A DNA stretch of 64,000 bases from the human T2T-CHM13v2.0 reference genome, Homo sapiens. Shown in pieces: positions 17,078 to 33,512 of the stretch. The position numbers and the translations under genes were made by a program. The stretch lies in the NCBI RefSeq assembly GCF_009914755.1, contig NC_060925.1; one strand, given 5' to 3'. The notes below the pieces were generated by a model that ran no database searches, had not been told where the DNA came from, and saw only the letters and a list, made by a program, of their open reading frames with translations. The number at the start of each line of letters is the position of its first letter. Within the stretch, counting starts at the first letter, position 1.

Positions 17078-17384
17078 CTTTTTTTGTTTTGTTTTTTGAG
17101 ATAGGGTCTCACTCTATCACCCAGGCTGGAGTACAGTGGTGTGATCACGGCTTATGGCTCACCGTAGCCTCAACATCCTGGGCTCCATCAGTCCTTCCAC
17201 TCAGCCTCCCAAGTAGCTGGGACTACAGGCACACAACACCCCACCTGGCTAATTTTTCTATTTTTTTGTAGGGATGGCTTCTGCCATATTATCTAGGCTG
17301 GTCTCAAACTCCTGGGCTCAAGCAATCCACCTGTTTTAGCTTCCCAGAGTGCTGGGATTATAGGCGTGAGCCACTGCACCTGGC
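17078..17384 (-). mobile_element. AluJ-like SINE
   Basis: Diverged dimeric Alu. Confidence 0.87.
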
Positions 17385-18208
17385 TTGTTATTTGAATATA
17401 TTATAATTTATTTAACTCTTTCCCCATTGCTGGATATTTAGGTTATTTTCTTTTTTCTTTATTCCATTATAAATACTACTGCATTGAATATCCTTGTAAA
17501 TACACCTTTATGCATTAGTCTGTTTTTTTCCTATAGGGGAAAATCCTAGAGATAAGATAATGGGGCAAATAATATGCCATGTTCAAAATGTGGTACATTT
17601 TGTCAAATAGCCTTTCAGAAAGTTAGTGCCAGTTTATACGTCCAATGAGAATGCTAGGAGAAATTATTTTTAAATCATTAACCTAATATAAACAGTTTAG
17701 AAGTGTTCTGAAAGTCTTTGTAGGACATTTAGACATCATTTTACCAGCACTTCCGAAACTGTATTTTCTTGTGAAATACAAGTTTAGTGGTATAGACTGT
17801 TTCATAAGTGTTCTGAGAATAAAAGAGCTCCATGGTTCCAGAAATTTGGGAAATTCTTTTAGAGTGAAACAAGATTCTTTCCTGTAAGACTCATCAACAC
17901 TGTAATATGCTAGTGCATTACTTATTTTAGGATAAGGATGAGGCTGTAGTATGAAGCATTTTCCAAGTGTATTTTGACTACTGAATCATCAATCATCATT
18001 TTATGGCATTAGAATTCAGCTGAACACAGTTTGGGAAATGCTGATCTTGCTCAATTCTTATTTTGCAATTGTTAGCGTTTGCTAAGTTAGTGTCTCACCT
18101 AAGGTCACTAACTTGTTATTGGCAAAGCCCAGATTCTGACTTCTGACTCCCAAATCCAGTCTATCTTCTGGTATGATATACTGCACAATTTTGAAATATC
18201 ATGATATA

Positions 18209-18519
18209 GGTTGGGCATGGTAGCTCACTCCTATAATCTCAGCATTTTGTGAGGCTGAGGTGGGTGGATCGTTTGATGCAGGAGTTCAAACTCCTGGAGT
18301 TCGAGACCAGCCTGGGCAACATGGTGAAGCCCTGTCTTTAGAAAAAATAGAAAAATTATCCAGGCGTGGTGGCGCACACCTGTAGCTCCAGCTACTGGAG
18401 AGGCTCAGGTGGGAGGATCAGTTGAGTCCCCAAAGTTGAGGCTGCAGTGAGCCATGATCATGCTACTGCACTCCAGCCTGGGCAACAGAGCTAGACCTGT
18501 CTCAAAAAAAAAGAAAAAA
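18209..18519 (+). mobile_element. AluJ-like SINE
   Basis: Diverged dimeric Alu with an A tail. Confidence 0.87.
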
Positions 18520-19194
18520 TCATGATTTATTGAGTATATGTGTATTAATAATATGATTTAATGTAGGTTTAAAACATTATCATCTAAAACAGATAAGATG
18601 AAGTATAGGTAGCATTTTGTGGCTTTCAGTTTCCCTAATCCTCACCGGCAATACCAGAAAAACCCTGATATATTTCACTTTCCACAGCATCTTCTTAAAC
18701 TTAGTTTCTCCTTCATCCCCAAGTTCTAAAATCAGTGTGATTTTAATTGTATATGTTCCATCTGGTGGTGAAAAGGAGTGTCTGCCTGCTCTGTACAAAA
18801 ATTTACCCAGTGTAGTTGAAAGTAGTTGGTAGATTAAAGTGGTAATCCTAGGGGAAAAAAATTTGCTTTAAGATATGGAATATGGCTTTACTTGGCAATC
18901 TTTTAATGTCAGGACATTTTCTTTTCATATGGGTCCCTGGACTGGAGTGTAGGCCTTTCTTGCACAGAATGTTATCTTGTCTATAATTTCTAGTTGTTTA
19001 AAGTCAAGAAAAAATTTTAAGTTGTGTATTTATTGTCAACAAACAATATTAAGTGAATAAAGCGTTCTTACTATGAAAGCAGTACAGCTTTATTGTAGAA
19101 AAATTAGCAATAATCAGTATTAACAGCTTGCTTCTAGCCTCGGGATCCTAAATAGACTTTATAGAGTCCTTTCTAATTGATTAATAATATTCTG

Positions 19195-19825
19195 TTTTAA
19201 GTGTACAGTTGAGTGGCATTAAGCACGTTTATACTGTTGTACAATCATCCCCACCACTCAACTTCAGAACTTTCTCAGTTTCCCGTACTGAAGCTCTGTA
19301 TTCATTCAGCAATAACTCTCCATTCCTCCGTCCCTTCAGTTCTGGCAACCACCATTCTAACTTTCTGTCTCTATGAATTTCACTAGGGAATTTAACCATT
19401 TTCAACTGTACAGTTCATTAGCATTAAGTACATTCACATTGTTTTGCCATCATGATCACTATCTATCTCCAGAACATTTTCATCATCCCAAACTAAAATC
19501 TATACCCATTCAATAATAACTCTCATTCTCCTCTTCTCCCAGCACCTAGTGACAACTGTTTTACTTTCTCTCTATGAATTTGCCTATTCTAGCTGTGTCA
19601 TGTAAGTGGAATCATATTTGTCCTTTTGTGACTGGCTTATTTCACTTAGCATAATGTCTTCAAGGTTCATCTGTATTGTAGCATGTGTCAGAATGTTCTT
19701 CCTTTTAAGGCTGAATAATATTCCCGTGTATGTATAAACCACATTTTGTTTATCCATTCATCAGTTCACGGACATTTGGGTTGCTTTCATCTTCTGACTA
19801 TTTTGAGTAATACTGCTATGAATAC
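19195..19825 (-). mobile_element. Two adjacent L1MB-like 3'-end fragments
   Basis: The block tgtacagtt..gcattaag..tctctatgaattt occurs twice (about 19195-19385 and 19390-19585). Confidence 0.75.
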
Positions 19826-19879
19826 GAGTATAAAGGGTATTTTTTATTTCACTTTTGTATTTTCTTTTGCTCTTTAACC

Positions 19880-20090
19880 ATATATATCTTTAAAGTTTAA
19901 CTTTAAATTTTTTGTATATATATATATATTTTAAAGTATATATAGTAATTTTACAATAAATTTTTACAAAAATTTTAACGTATATATACACATAAGTATA
20001 TATGTGTATATATGTATATATATACATATGTGTGTATATATAAACATAATATATATATAATATGTGAAATATATACTTTATATTTAAAAT
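19880..20090. repeat. AT-rich (TA)n/(TATG)n low-complexity tract
   Basis: Degenerate TA repeats. Confidence 0.8.
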
Positions 20091-21018
20091 TTGGGCCACT
20101 ATTAAAATTTATATGCAGTTTTGTAATCTGCTTTTTTTAAAAGGTAATAATAAATATTTTCCCATGCTGCTGTTTAAACATACAATCAAGATGAATAGTG
20201 TACTAGACTAGAGTCAGGAGGCCTGGGTGTATGTCATTTCTGCTGTTGATCAGAGCAGAATACCTTGTGAAGCAAGTTATTAAGCCCCATAGATCTCTAG
20301 TTACCTCATCAGTAAATTTGGGATATAGTACTTATTTCATAACATGTTTAAGAGCAATAAGGTACTATATATGAAGTGCATTTGAATTACAATGTCCTAT
20401 ATAAATGTTCAGGTTACTATTATCTATGTGATTTAGACAGGTATTCTCTTGTTAGAAATGTAGATTAAATTTCTTTGAGTTACAGAGTTACCCATTGAAT
20501 AACATGCATAATTTTTGTTTCAGTCATCTTCTTAAGATATATTCCTATGAGTAAAATTATTGAGAGTCAGAGAATGTGAATATTTTTATAAATCAGGCTA
20601 CATAGTTCTTACCATAGACTTTTTCAAAAGAATTATGTAGTTCAATTAGCAGTTGGTACGATTTTTCTCCCAGCTCTGGATTTTATCCTTTAAAAAATTC
20701 TTTTTGGTTACTTTTTCATAGGGATAGATTAGTATTTTATTGTTATTTAATATATTTATCTTTTATTACTATTGCACTAAGAATGATTTATTAATAGCAA
20801 GTGGAATTAATGGAAGAAACTTCACTTTCCTTAAATAGAGACAGAAGGATGAACTGCTTTATTTTAGATATGGAAAACAGATTTTGAATATAGTATAAGT
20901 CAAATTTTAAATATTCTGATTTATACTTTTTGTTATTTTATTGAAATCTATATATCAATTATCTCTCTCAATAACTTCTAATATTGGGAATCAGCTTTAT
21001 AAGAAATTTACTTTACAG

Positions 21019-21193
21019 GGTTGGATTCATTCACTGGAAATGTTCAGAACTCACTTCTTGATGAGGAAAAAGCAGAACGTGGCTCCCATCAAGGAAAGAA
21101 ATCTGGGACCAGCAGCAAACTTTCTGTTAAAGATTTTGAGCAGACTCTTGATACAGATAGCACTTTGGAGGATCTTTCTGGACATTCTGTGAG
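21019..21193 (+). CDS. CEP350: CEP350 coding exon (175 nt, phase 1-2): WLDSFTGNVQNSLLDEEK...LSGHSV
   Basis: ctttacag acceptor, GAG|gtaatg donor; track ORF 20941..21192 is a different frame. Confidence 0.93.
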
Positions 21194-23560
21194 GTAATGT
21201 ATATTTTATACTGTAATTTATATATAATTAAAGATATATAATTGATATTCAAAAAATCCATATAATGAATTTTAACTCAGCAGTCCCCTTAACTGTGCAT
21301 GTCTGAGCTACTACAAAATTCTGTATTTTACAAATAGACTTCATAGCTTTGTTCACAGCTCTAATCTTTATCTGTATATTAGAATATGGTTATGTATCAT
21401 CTAAACTGTTACAACCTCTTTCTCAGGAATTCTCTCCCTCTAGCACAGCCCAGTTTTCTATGCTGAATGCCGTTGTTACAATTGTTTTCTTGGCTCAATC
21501 TTTTGACTAAGCAGCTACCCTGCTTAGGGTGCTTTGTGAGGTCATAGATCAATTCTAAGTGCATAACTCTACTTGAAGTGTTTTCACTGGGCTACCACAA
21601 ACTATCTCATTTCTTTTGTCTATAAATGTCAATTCTCATCTATTCATCCATTCTTTCAACACAGCTACTTAGCATCCTTATTGTCTTATTGTTTATTTCT
21701 TCCTCTCAACTTTTCTGCTGAACTTACTAGACCACTCAGGCAGATTTTGAAATCTCACTCTTACTGATTATGGAGCTTGCGTACTGTTTTTTCTCTTCTT
21801 TCTAATATTGTATACGATGCACTTAGTCCGTTGCTTACAAATAACCTTCAGTTGTTGCTAGCTATACAGTTCCTACTCATTTGTCCATATGACTTTTCAT
21901 GTGTGCACTGGTTTTGTCTTGGAAATTGAGGCTCTGAGAAGACACAGATTTATTTTTTCCTTTTAAAGTAACTTTGTGCTTTTTCTAGTACTGTGACACA
22001 TAAAGATTACCATTTTTAGTGCTTTCATGTTACAAATAATTTTGCATCATTAATACCATTATTTCTGTGTTTAAAATTAAATTTTTTTTCTTTGTCAGTG
22101 ATTTTGGAATTTAGAAAACTTTACCTTTCCTTAAGAATTACTCTGATGATTTAACTTGATGAAATTTACAAAGTTAAACATTTCTTAATGAGATCCATAG
22201 CCAAATAAGTTTCATCAATGCCCCATACTGCAATCTAGATTTCCCCTTCCCTACCCATGGAGATTCACAGAGATAAAATAATTTGAGGCTTTGATAAGGA
22301 GAAGTCCAGATTTTTCAAAAATTGTTTAACCTCTTTTTTTTTTTTCCTATTTGCCTGTAGTCACTCTTTGTCCCCAAGCTCTTTTGCTTTCTTTTGGGGA
22401 AAGCTTATTAACATTATTGGAAATATACTTTTAGAAATGCTAGTCTAGCTAAATTTTATCTGCATAGCAAATATAAATTCATCTTATAAAACCCTAAGGT
22501 GAGGTGCAGAGTACTTTGTTTTCTTTGATGTTGTGTTTTAATTATTTAACAGAAATCTGTTAAAATGATCATTCTTTTTGTGTTTCATACATGAAATAGA
22601 CTGTTAGAAATAGTATTTATCTAAAGTATCAATAGAAAATTAAGGGTCAAATAAACACATGAGTGCCTCTCAGGCCTACTTCTATTCAACTATTTTTATG
22701 CTGGGTATAAGAGAAATTTTTACCTTTGAAAGCTATTTCATCATTTTATTAGAAGCTAAAAGCAAACTTGTTTCAGTATATTGGCAATATAACTGTGCTA
22801 AAATGCTTTATAGAGTATCTTTGAATAATTTATTCAGTAAATAAATATTCAGTGCAAGGCAACATGCTTGATGTTACAAGAAATAATACCTTTAATGAGC
22901 TTACTTTTTCAAAGAAAGGCTAGAAACGTGCCTTGTATTGAATTAAATGCCTTAAGAGTTGTTACAAACTGTTATGTTACTTATTAGAAAGTTCAAGAAA
23001 GAGATGTAGTATTAAAAAGCAGATATAAAGAAATGAAGTATATTAAGTATTTAGAGATGAATAGTGTGAAATTTTTTTCTGTGATTCTTGGATCAACAAG
23101 AGGGTATAACAAAAGAATAGTTTTTGTCTTTTCTTACCTTTTAACATAAAATATTTTATTCACTTTCAGAGATGTATTTTAAGACTCATATATGGCTCCA
23201 ATTTTATTGCTGTAGAGTGTCTATTTTAGAAGACTTTGCTTCATGCTATAATGAGTGAATCATAGTATATGTACACTGTAGAGGGAAGAGTTCAGTGCTA
23301 GTTTAATCAAGCTACTCCCTTTCCATTGTATTTAGGGCAGGGTTTGTGCCTTGCTTGTTCACCACTGTAATTCTAGCAATTAGAGGAATATTCATAGTCA
23401 TTCATTCAGCATAGTGATTATATTAATGAATAAATGCCTAAATCACAACTTTTTAAAGCTAATGTTGATAGTTTTTTTATATGTTGTTCTTTTGAATTAT
23501 TTAGCTGGTTTACAAAGTACTTTTCCTTCCTCTAATGTTTTTGTGGATCAAAACTTCTAG

Positions 23561-23781
23561 TGTCTCATCAGATAAGGGAAGATCTCAGAAAACTCCAACT
23601 TCTCCCCTGTCACCAAGTTCCCAGAAATCATTGCAGTTTGACGTTGCAGGAACTTCTTCAGAAAGATCTAAGTCGTCAGTAATGCCTCCAACTATAACAG
23701 GATTTAAGCCTAATGCACCTCTCACTGATCTGAACCCGGCAGCCAGCAGAACAACGACAGAGAACATGGCTCCAATACCAG
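23561..23781 (+). CDS. CEP350: CEP350 coding exon (221 nt, phase 2-1): SVSSDKGRSQKTPTSPLSP...ENMAPIP
   Basis: ORF 23535..23789; cttctag acceptor, CAG|gtaagt donor. Confidence 0.95.
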
Positions 23782-24105
23782 GTAAGTAGATTCATGCAAT
23801 TGTAATTTTTAGAATACGATATGAAATTTTTTTCTCTCAACATTCCTTTTCTTTGTTTGAGTTGAGTCATAGAGAAATATTATTTCAAGTGAATATGATT
23901 ACTTTTCAAGTATTAAAAACTGCAAGAAATTAAATATTGAAAAGCACGAGAGGTTCAGTAATGTTGACTTTTTTCCCATCTTGTCAGCCAGCATTAGTCA
24001 AAACATATCTGAAAAATATGTCCCATATGTGCACTCCTGTTTATATGTATATGCATGTATACACACATGTACGCGTGCACACACATAGAAGTAAAGTACA
24101 TTGTA

Positions 24106-26499
24106 TAGGCATACCTTGTTTTATTGTGCTTGGCTTTATTGCATTTCACAGATACTGCGGGGTTTTTTTGTCTTTTTTTTTTTTTTCTTTACAAATTAAA
24201 GGCTCATGGCATTGAACAAATTCATCAGTGCCATTTTTCCAGCAGCATGTGCTCACTTCATGTCCCTGTGTCCACAATTTTGATAAATCTCTCAATATTT
24301 CAGGCTTTCCATTATTACTATATCTGTTACGGTGATCTGTGATTAGCGATCTTTGATGTTCCTGTTGTATTACTAATTGTTTTGGGTGCCACCAACCATG
24401 TCCGTTTAAGAGGGCAGACTTAGTGGATCAATGTTGTGTGTGTTCTGACTGCTCCACCAACTCACCCCGTTCCCCTCTTCAACCCTCCCTCTGGCCTCCT
24501 TATCCCTGAGACACAATAATATTAAAATTAGGCCAATTACTAACCCTACAATGGTCTCTAAGTATTCACGTGAGAGGAAGAGTCACATCTCTCACTTTAA
24601 ATCAGAAGCTACAGATGATTAAGCTTAGTGACGAAGGGATGTCAAAAGCCAAGATATGCCAAAAGCTAGGCCTCTTGTGCCAGTTAGCCAAGTTGTGAAT
24701 GCAAAGGAAAAGTTTTTGAAGGAAATGAAAGGTATCACATGAATGACAGATAAGAAGACAAAATAGCCTTATTGCTGATATGGAGAAAGTTTTAGGGACC
24801 AAGATAGAAGATCAAGCCAGTGGCATCTTTAAGCCAAAGCTTAATCTAGAGCAAGACCCTAATACTCTTCAATTTTGTGAAGCCCTAGAGAGGTGAGGAA
24901 ACTGCAAAAGAAAAGTTGGAAGCTAGCAGAGGTTAAAGAAAGAAGCCATCTCTATAAAATAAAAGTGCAAGGTGAAGCAACAAGTGCTAATGTAGAAGTT
25001 GCAGCAAGTTATCCAGAAGATAGTTGATGAAAGTGGCTACACTAAACAGATTTCCAACGTAGATGAAATAACCTTATGTTGGAAGAAAATGTCATCTAGG
25101 ACTTTGATAACTAGAGAGAAGTTAGTGCCTGGCTTCAAAGCTTCAAAGGATGAGCTGACTGTCTATTTAGGGGTTAATACAGCTGATGACTTAAAGTTGA
25201 AGCTAATGCTCATTTACCATTCTGAAAATCCTAGAGTCCTAAAGAATTAAGCTAAATCTACTCTGCCTGTGCTGTATTAATGGAACAAGAAAGCCTGAAT
25301 GACAGCACATCTGTTTACAGCCCTCAGGTTTACTGAGTATTCTAAGCCCACTGTTGAGACCTACTGCCCAGAAAAATAAAAGATTTTTTTCAAAGTGTTT
25401 TTTTCAGAATTTGAAAAAATATTTATTCCTGCTTATTGACAATGCACCTGGTCATCCAAGAGCTCTGATGGTCATAAAAAAGGAGATTAATGTTTTTATG
25501 TCCCCTAACACAAAGTCTATTCTGTACCCATGGATCAAGTAGTAATTTCAACTTTTAAGTCTTATTATTTAAGAAATGCATTGTGTAAGGCTATAGCTGC
25601 CATAGATAGTGATTCCTCTGCTGATTTGGGCAAAGTAAATTGATCACCTTCTGGAAAGGATTCACTGTTCTAGATGCCATTAAGAACAGTTGTGATTCGT
25701 GGAAGGAGATCAAACTATGAGCATTAACAGGAGCTTGGAAGAAGTTGATTCCAGCCCTCGTGGATGACTTTGAGGGGTTCAGAACTTCAGTGGAGGAAAT
25801 AACTGCAGATACGGTGGAAATAGCAAGAGAACTAGAATTATAATTGGATCCTGAAGATGTTACTGAATTGCTGCAGTCTCATGACAAAAGTTGAATGAAT
25901 GAGTAGTTGCTTCTTATGCATGAGCAAAGAAAGTGGTTTCTTGAGATGGAATCTACTCCTAGTGAAATGACAGTAATTATGTAAATATTACATAAACTTT
26001 AATTGATAAAGCAGTGGCAGGGTTTGAGAGGATTATCTCCAGTTTTGAAAGAGGTTCTACAGAAAGTGGGTCAAATGCTACCAAACAGCATTACATGCTC
26101 CAGAGAAATCTTTTGTGAAAGCAAGAGTCAATCGATGCAGTAAACTTCATTATTGTCTTATTTTAAGAAGTTGCCACAGTCACTCCAACCTTTAGCAACC
26201 ACCATGATCAGTCAGTAGCTATCAACATTGAGGTACGACCTTCCACCAGCAAAAAGATTAGGACTTGCTGAAGGCTAAGATGATCATTAGCATTTTTTTA
26301 GCAATACAGTATTTTTAAATTAAAGTATGTACTTTTTTTAGACATAATGCTATTGCACACTTACTAGACTACAGTATAGTGCAAATATAACTCTTATATG
26401 CACTGGTAAACCAAAAAATTTGTGTGACTTGCTTTATTCTGTTATTTACTTTATTCCTTTGGTCTGGAACTGAACCTGCAGTATCTCCAAGGTATTCTG
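24106..26499 (+). mobile_element. Near-full-length Tigger1 DNA transposon with a decayed pogo/CENP-B-type transposase
   Basis: TA-flanked TIRs (taggcatacctt... / ...aaggtattctg); transposase remnants in ORFs 24999..25250 (NVDEITLCWKKM) and 25354..25542 (DNAPGHP). Confidence 0.92.
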
Positions 26500-26625
26500 T
26501 ACTGAGTCCCAGTTTTTTCTACAAAGGAAAGCAAAGTTGATTTTGGCTCTTAAAATGACAGATTTTAGAAATCTGAGTGTAATTTCATGTTAACTTTTCC
26601 ATTTGACCATTGTCATGCCTTCCAG

Positions 26626-26789
26626 GTTCTAAGCGCTTTTCTCCTGCTGGCCTCCATCATCGTATGGCAGCAGAACTCAGTTATCTGAACGCCATTGAGG
26701 AGTCGGTGCGCCAACTGTCAGATGTAGAAAGAGTTAGAGGCATTTCACTTGCTCAGCAGGAGAGTGTGTCTCTAGCTCAGATAATAAAG
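26626..26789 (+). CDS. CEP350: CEP350 coding exon (164 nt, phase 1-0): GSKRFSPAGLHHRMAAELSYL...SLAQIIK
   Basis: ORF 26610..26855; cttccag acceptor, AAG|gtattt donor. Confidence 0.95.
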
Positions 26790-27284
26790 GTATTTTTGGA
26801 GTTTTTTAGCTTTCTGTGGTTTTTCTTTTTTCTTCGCTATTTAAAATGGTCTTAATGATGACTTAAACTACTGTGTCAAATAGAAAAAAATAGTCTGCCA
26901 TATAGCACCTATAAATAAATAGTCCTGGGAAAAATCTGTCGGGACACTAAAAAGATACAGTGTTTGGCAGCAGAACAATAATAAAATCATTCTCTCTCAA
27001 ATACTTTGTTTTCCATGTTTTCTGCTTTGTTTAGTTGACAGTATAAAAATCATCTAGTCAAACATTCTTAATATTTTCTCCTTTCATTGATAGGTGAGAG
27101 AATACTGAGGGGTTTTTTTTTTTTTTTTAAGTTCTATTTGTACCAAAAAGAGAAGTTTCTGAGATCCGGGTGTTTGATAAAGCCAGGATAATGTGGACTT
27201 TTCCTTAGCAAACAAAAATCCAGAGATGGTCTAAGCGCTCTTCCCTTAGTGGAGATGCTTTAAACAACAACAGCAACAAAAAAA

Positions 27285-29760
<2,476 letters not shown>

Positions 29761-29769
29761 TGTTCTTCC

Positions 29770-29970
29770 CAAAAGACCCGTCAGACAGTTCTTGGTGTGG
29801 GACTGTTCCCATACTTTGCAGAGATCCCATCATTCCTGCCCTCCCCCCGCCACTGCCCGACTAAATAACAGTAGTGTTGTCCAGTCATTGTGACAGCAGA
29901 AACTCTGGACATTTCCAGATGTTGCCTGGTAGAGGGTGGGGAGGGACTAATGCCAACTTTGTTGATAGTC
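29770..29970. mobile_element. MER20-like hAT-Charlie element
   Basis: ccagtcattgtgacagcagaaactctggacatttccagatg resembles the recalled MER20 consensus. Confidence 0.55.
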
Positions 29971-30070
29971 ATTTTATTGAGGAAATGACTCCATTGTAGT
30001 GGAGGGCCATCCTGACCTTGAAATCTGAGTCAGCACTGAGGTTTTCTGCCACTTTAGAAATACATTATAA

Positions 30071-30340
<270 letters not shown>

Positions 30341-30841
30341 TGAAAAAAAAAATATATATATATATTTATAGATAACATTGTGTGGGATAGTGGTAAGAAA
30401 GGGTCCTGGTGACAAGGAAACCTTATATGGGGACATCATTTTTTAATGAAACTACTACTTCAAAGTCAAAATGAAAGAATCATAAAATTGTGAGTTTGTG
30501 AGGCATTATTTTTATTTTTACACATAGGACATTTTTTATCCCTTCCAAAAAGTTGGGTGCTATAGCCTTTGCTTTCTAAATGGCTTTTTGGTATTAATTC
30601 TTAGTCCTGTATGCCCTGGAAATTTTTTATATTACTACATTATTTGGCATATGGGAGGTGATCATTAAATATTTTGATAAATGGTAAGTGGCTGTTGACT
30701 ATTATTTTTACTATCTTTCCTTTTGGTTCTAATTAGTTGCTTCAAATGATTTGTATTAGTAAGATAGCATTGTGTGTGTTATAGTCACTGTGTTAAAATA
30801 GTTTCGTATCTGAGAATTAACATTTGACCATTATTTTGAAG

Positions 30842-30952
30842 GCACAACAGCAACGCCATGAAAGAGACTTGGCCCTCTTGAAACTAAAGGCTGAACAAGA
30901 GGCTCTGGAGAGTCAGAGACAATTAGAAGAAACCCGAAACAAAGCAGCTCAG
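30842..30952 (+). CDS. CEP350: CEP350 coding exon (111 nt, phase 0-0): AQQQRHERDLALLKLKAEQEALESQRQLEETRNKAAQ
   Basis: ORF 30824..31036; ttttgaag acceptor, CAG|gtaact donor; coiled coil. Confidence 0.94.
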
Positions 30953-31365
30953 GTAACTTATTTTGCAGCAGGTTCTTGTTTTTTAAACCTAAATTTGTAT
31001 CTTAGAAATTACTTTAGCGTTCTTTTAATTATATAGGAGAAAAAAGTGTATATATAAATAATAAAGTTTTAGTACTTTTTATGGGATAATGCCATGTAAT
31101 TCGATTTTTGTTACAACCTTGTGAAATAAATTGTCAAGACTCATTTCCAGTTTAGGGAAGTGGCAACTGAGGTACGTTGTATTTATTTATCCACAGATAC
31201 AGTAACTTGTGAACAGTAGAGTTAAGACTTAAACCATGAAATCCAGATTGTAGTAAAGTGTTTTTTACTACGAATAAGACATGAAATAAATTTATAAATT
31301 AAAATTAATTCAGGAGGAGGGGAGATTAAAACATAACTTCTTTTTTAAACCCCTTTTATTTAAAG

Positions 31366-31506
31366 GTCCATGCAGAATCATTACAGCAGGTGGTTCAATC
31401 ACAACGGGAAGTAACTGAAGTCCTGCAGGAAGCAACGTGTAAAATAGCAGCTCAGCAGTCAGAAACTGCTCGCCTCACCACAGACGCAGCACGTCAAATC
31501 TGTGAG
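31366..31506 (+). CDS. CEP350: CEP350 coding exon (141 nt, phase 0-0): VHAESLQQVVQSQREV...AARQICE
   Basis: tttaaag acceptor, GAG|gtaggt donor; open frame. Confidence 0.93.
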
Positions 31507-31834
31507 GTAGGTGCCACTGAGAACACTTCTCTTTTTACTTCTTTTTAGTCAATCTGAGTAACTTTGATCTTCAGTAATGGGTTTCTAATATCTTAGTAAA
31601 TGCATACTTTGAATTAGTGACTTTTAGTGGGGGCCATACCCTATTGAAATAAGAGGCACCATTGATTGGAGTGTGTTGTACATGTGATTGAATGTTATAG
31701 AGGCAGAAAAAAGATGAAGAGCTCTAAATTTCTGCCCTCTGGTAAGCTTTTTAGAAAAATATCAACTTTATTGATGTATAATTTATAAACAATAAAATGT
31801 ACCTATTTTAAGTATGCAATTTGGTGAGTTTTCT

Positions 31835-31836
<2 letters not shown>

Positions 31837-31876
<40 letters not shown>
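31837..31876. repeat. (CA)20 microsatellite
   Basis: Perfect 40-nt CA run. Confidence 0.95.
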
Positions 31877-31877
<1 letters not shown>

Positions 31878-32763
31878 CTCCCTATAACCATCACCACAAT
31901 CCAGAAATAGCATATTTCCTCATGTCTCTTTGCAACCAGTCCCTAATCTCAGTCCTGGGGAACCACTGATCTGCTTTGGGTGAAGATGTTTCATTTTTAC
32001 CCAGAATGATATTAGTTACTGTCTTTTCTTCTATAACGTGGGTATAGCCCAAAGTAGTTTTATTGCTGTCTCTACATAGGATATCACAATTCATAATTGA
32101 TACAGTTTCACTTTATTTTAGCAGTTATAATTTTTTTAAACCAAAAGTTAGTACTATTTGTAAAATGACTTAGTTATTGGAAATCCATGAATGTACTATA
32201 TGTTGGGTACTGTGGAGTTGTACATTTTAGTATAAAACTGAGTCTCCTTTCTCAAGAAAATTTAGATGTAGACAACATCAACAAAGATTTCAAAGCACTT
32301 TAAGTCATTAGTAAAAGGAATAGCTCAAAGTAGTGCTTGAACAAATACTGAATGGATGGTACATGCAGCACTTGCAGTAGTGGTTAAGAATAGGGAAAAT
32401 GTACTTGACCTGTTGGTCAGCAAAGAGTTAGAAAAGAAGTAGTAATTAAATTGATTCTTGAAGGAAGATTTAATTTTTGGCTTATTACTGCTTATGTTAT
32501 GCTTTAAGGTTTTCTGTCTAATTCATAGATTGTTATAGCTGGGTGAAACCGTAGAAATCATGTAGTCTAACTCTGTTTTTATAAGATGAAGCTGTTGAGA
32601 CTTAAAGAGGCTAAATGACTTGTCCACAGTATTTCATCTATTAGTGGCAGAATTTGCTTGTTCTCAAGTCAGTGATCTTTCTTTCCAAGACACTATGCTC
32701 CTTCTCAGTTCTCTGACCTTACGTTTTAATACATTTGCCTTTCTTGTGTGTGTTCATGTTTAG

Positions 32764-32900
32764 ATGGCAGAGTTGACTAGAACTCATATCTCAGATGCTG
32801 TCGTGGCTTCAGGAGCTCCCCTTGCAATACTGTATGACCACCAACGGCAGCACCTTCCAGACTTTGTGAAACAGCTGAGGACCAGAACTGAAACAGATAG
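32764..32900 (+). CDS. CEP350: CEP350 coding exon (137 nt, phase 0-2): MAELTRTHISDAVVASGAPL...RTRTETD
   Basis: gtttag acceptor, weak TAG|gttaat donor; frame joins the next exon. Confidence 0.92.
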
Positions 32901-33480
32901 GTTAATATTCATTCAGTCAGCAAATATATAATGACTGTCTGTTAGGTTAATATTCATTCAGCAAATATGTAATGAGTATTTGTTGTTATAGGCATTATTC
33001 TTGGTTGAGAATACAGTTATGGGCATAGTCTAGTAGGGAAGATAAACATTACTCAAATATTCAGTTAAGTGAATGAATACTTATACACTGATTTAAGTGT
33101 TATGAAAGAAGGGAACACATGTCTCAGAGATAATGTAACACAGGAATTTGAATAGCCTGGGGGTGCCAGCAGGTCAGAGAAGGCTTTCCTGAGGAAATAA
33201 AGCTTGTGGTGCAATCTAATGGATGAGGAGTTAGTAATGTAAAGGAGGTAAAGAATAGCTAGATCAAAGGCCCTGAAGGAAGAAGGAACATAGCATATTT
33301 AAGAAAAGAAATAAAGACCATTGTGGCTGGAGGCAGAGAGCAAAGAAAATGGTATGAGATGATGCAGGGATCAGATCAAGGTATAGGACCTTGCAGACTT
33401 AGGATTTTGGAGTTTATTCTAGGAGCAATGAAGTCATTAAAGAGATTATTTTTGGCGGGACTGGGTGACATTACCATATT

Positions 33481-33506
<26 letters not shown>
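33481..33506. repeat. (TG)13 microsatellite
   Basis: Perfect TG run. Confidence 0.92.

Positions 33507-33512
<6 letters not shown>

Noticed and set aside
24999-25542. Active or domesticated Tigger transposase (TIGD1-like gene)
   Set aside because: Only short fragments in different frames, separated by stops.
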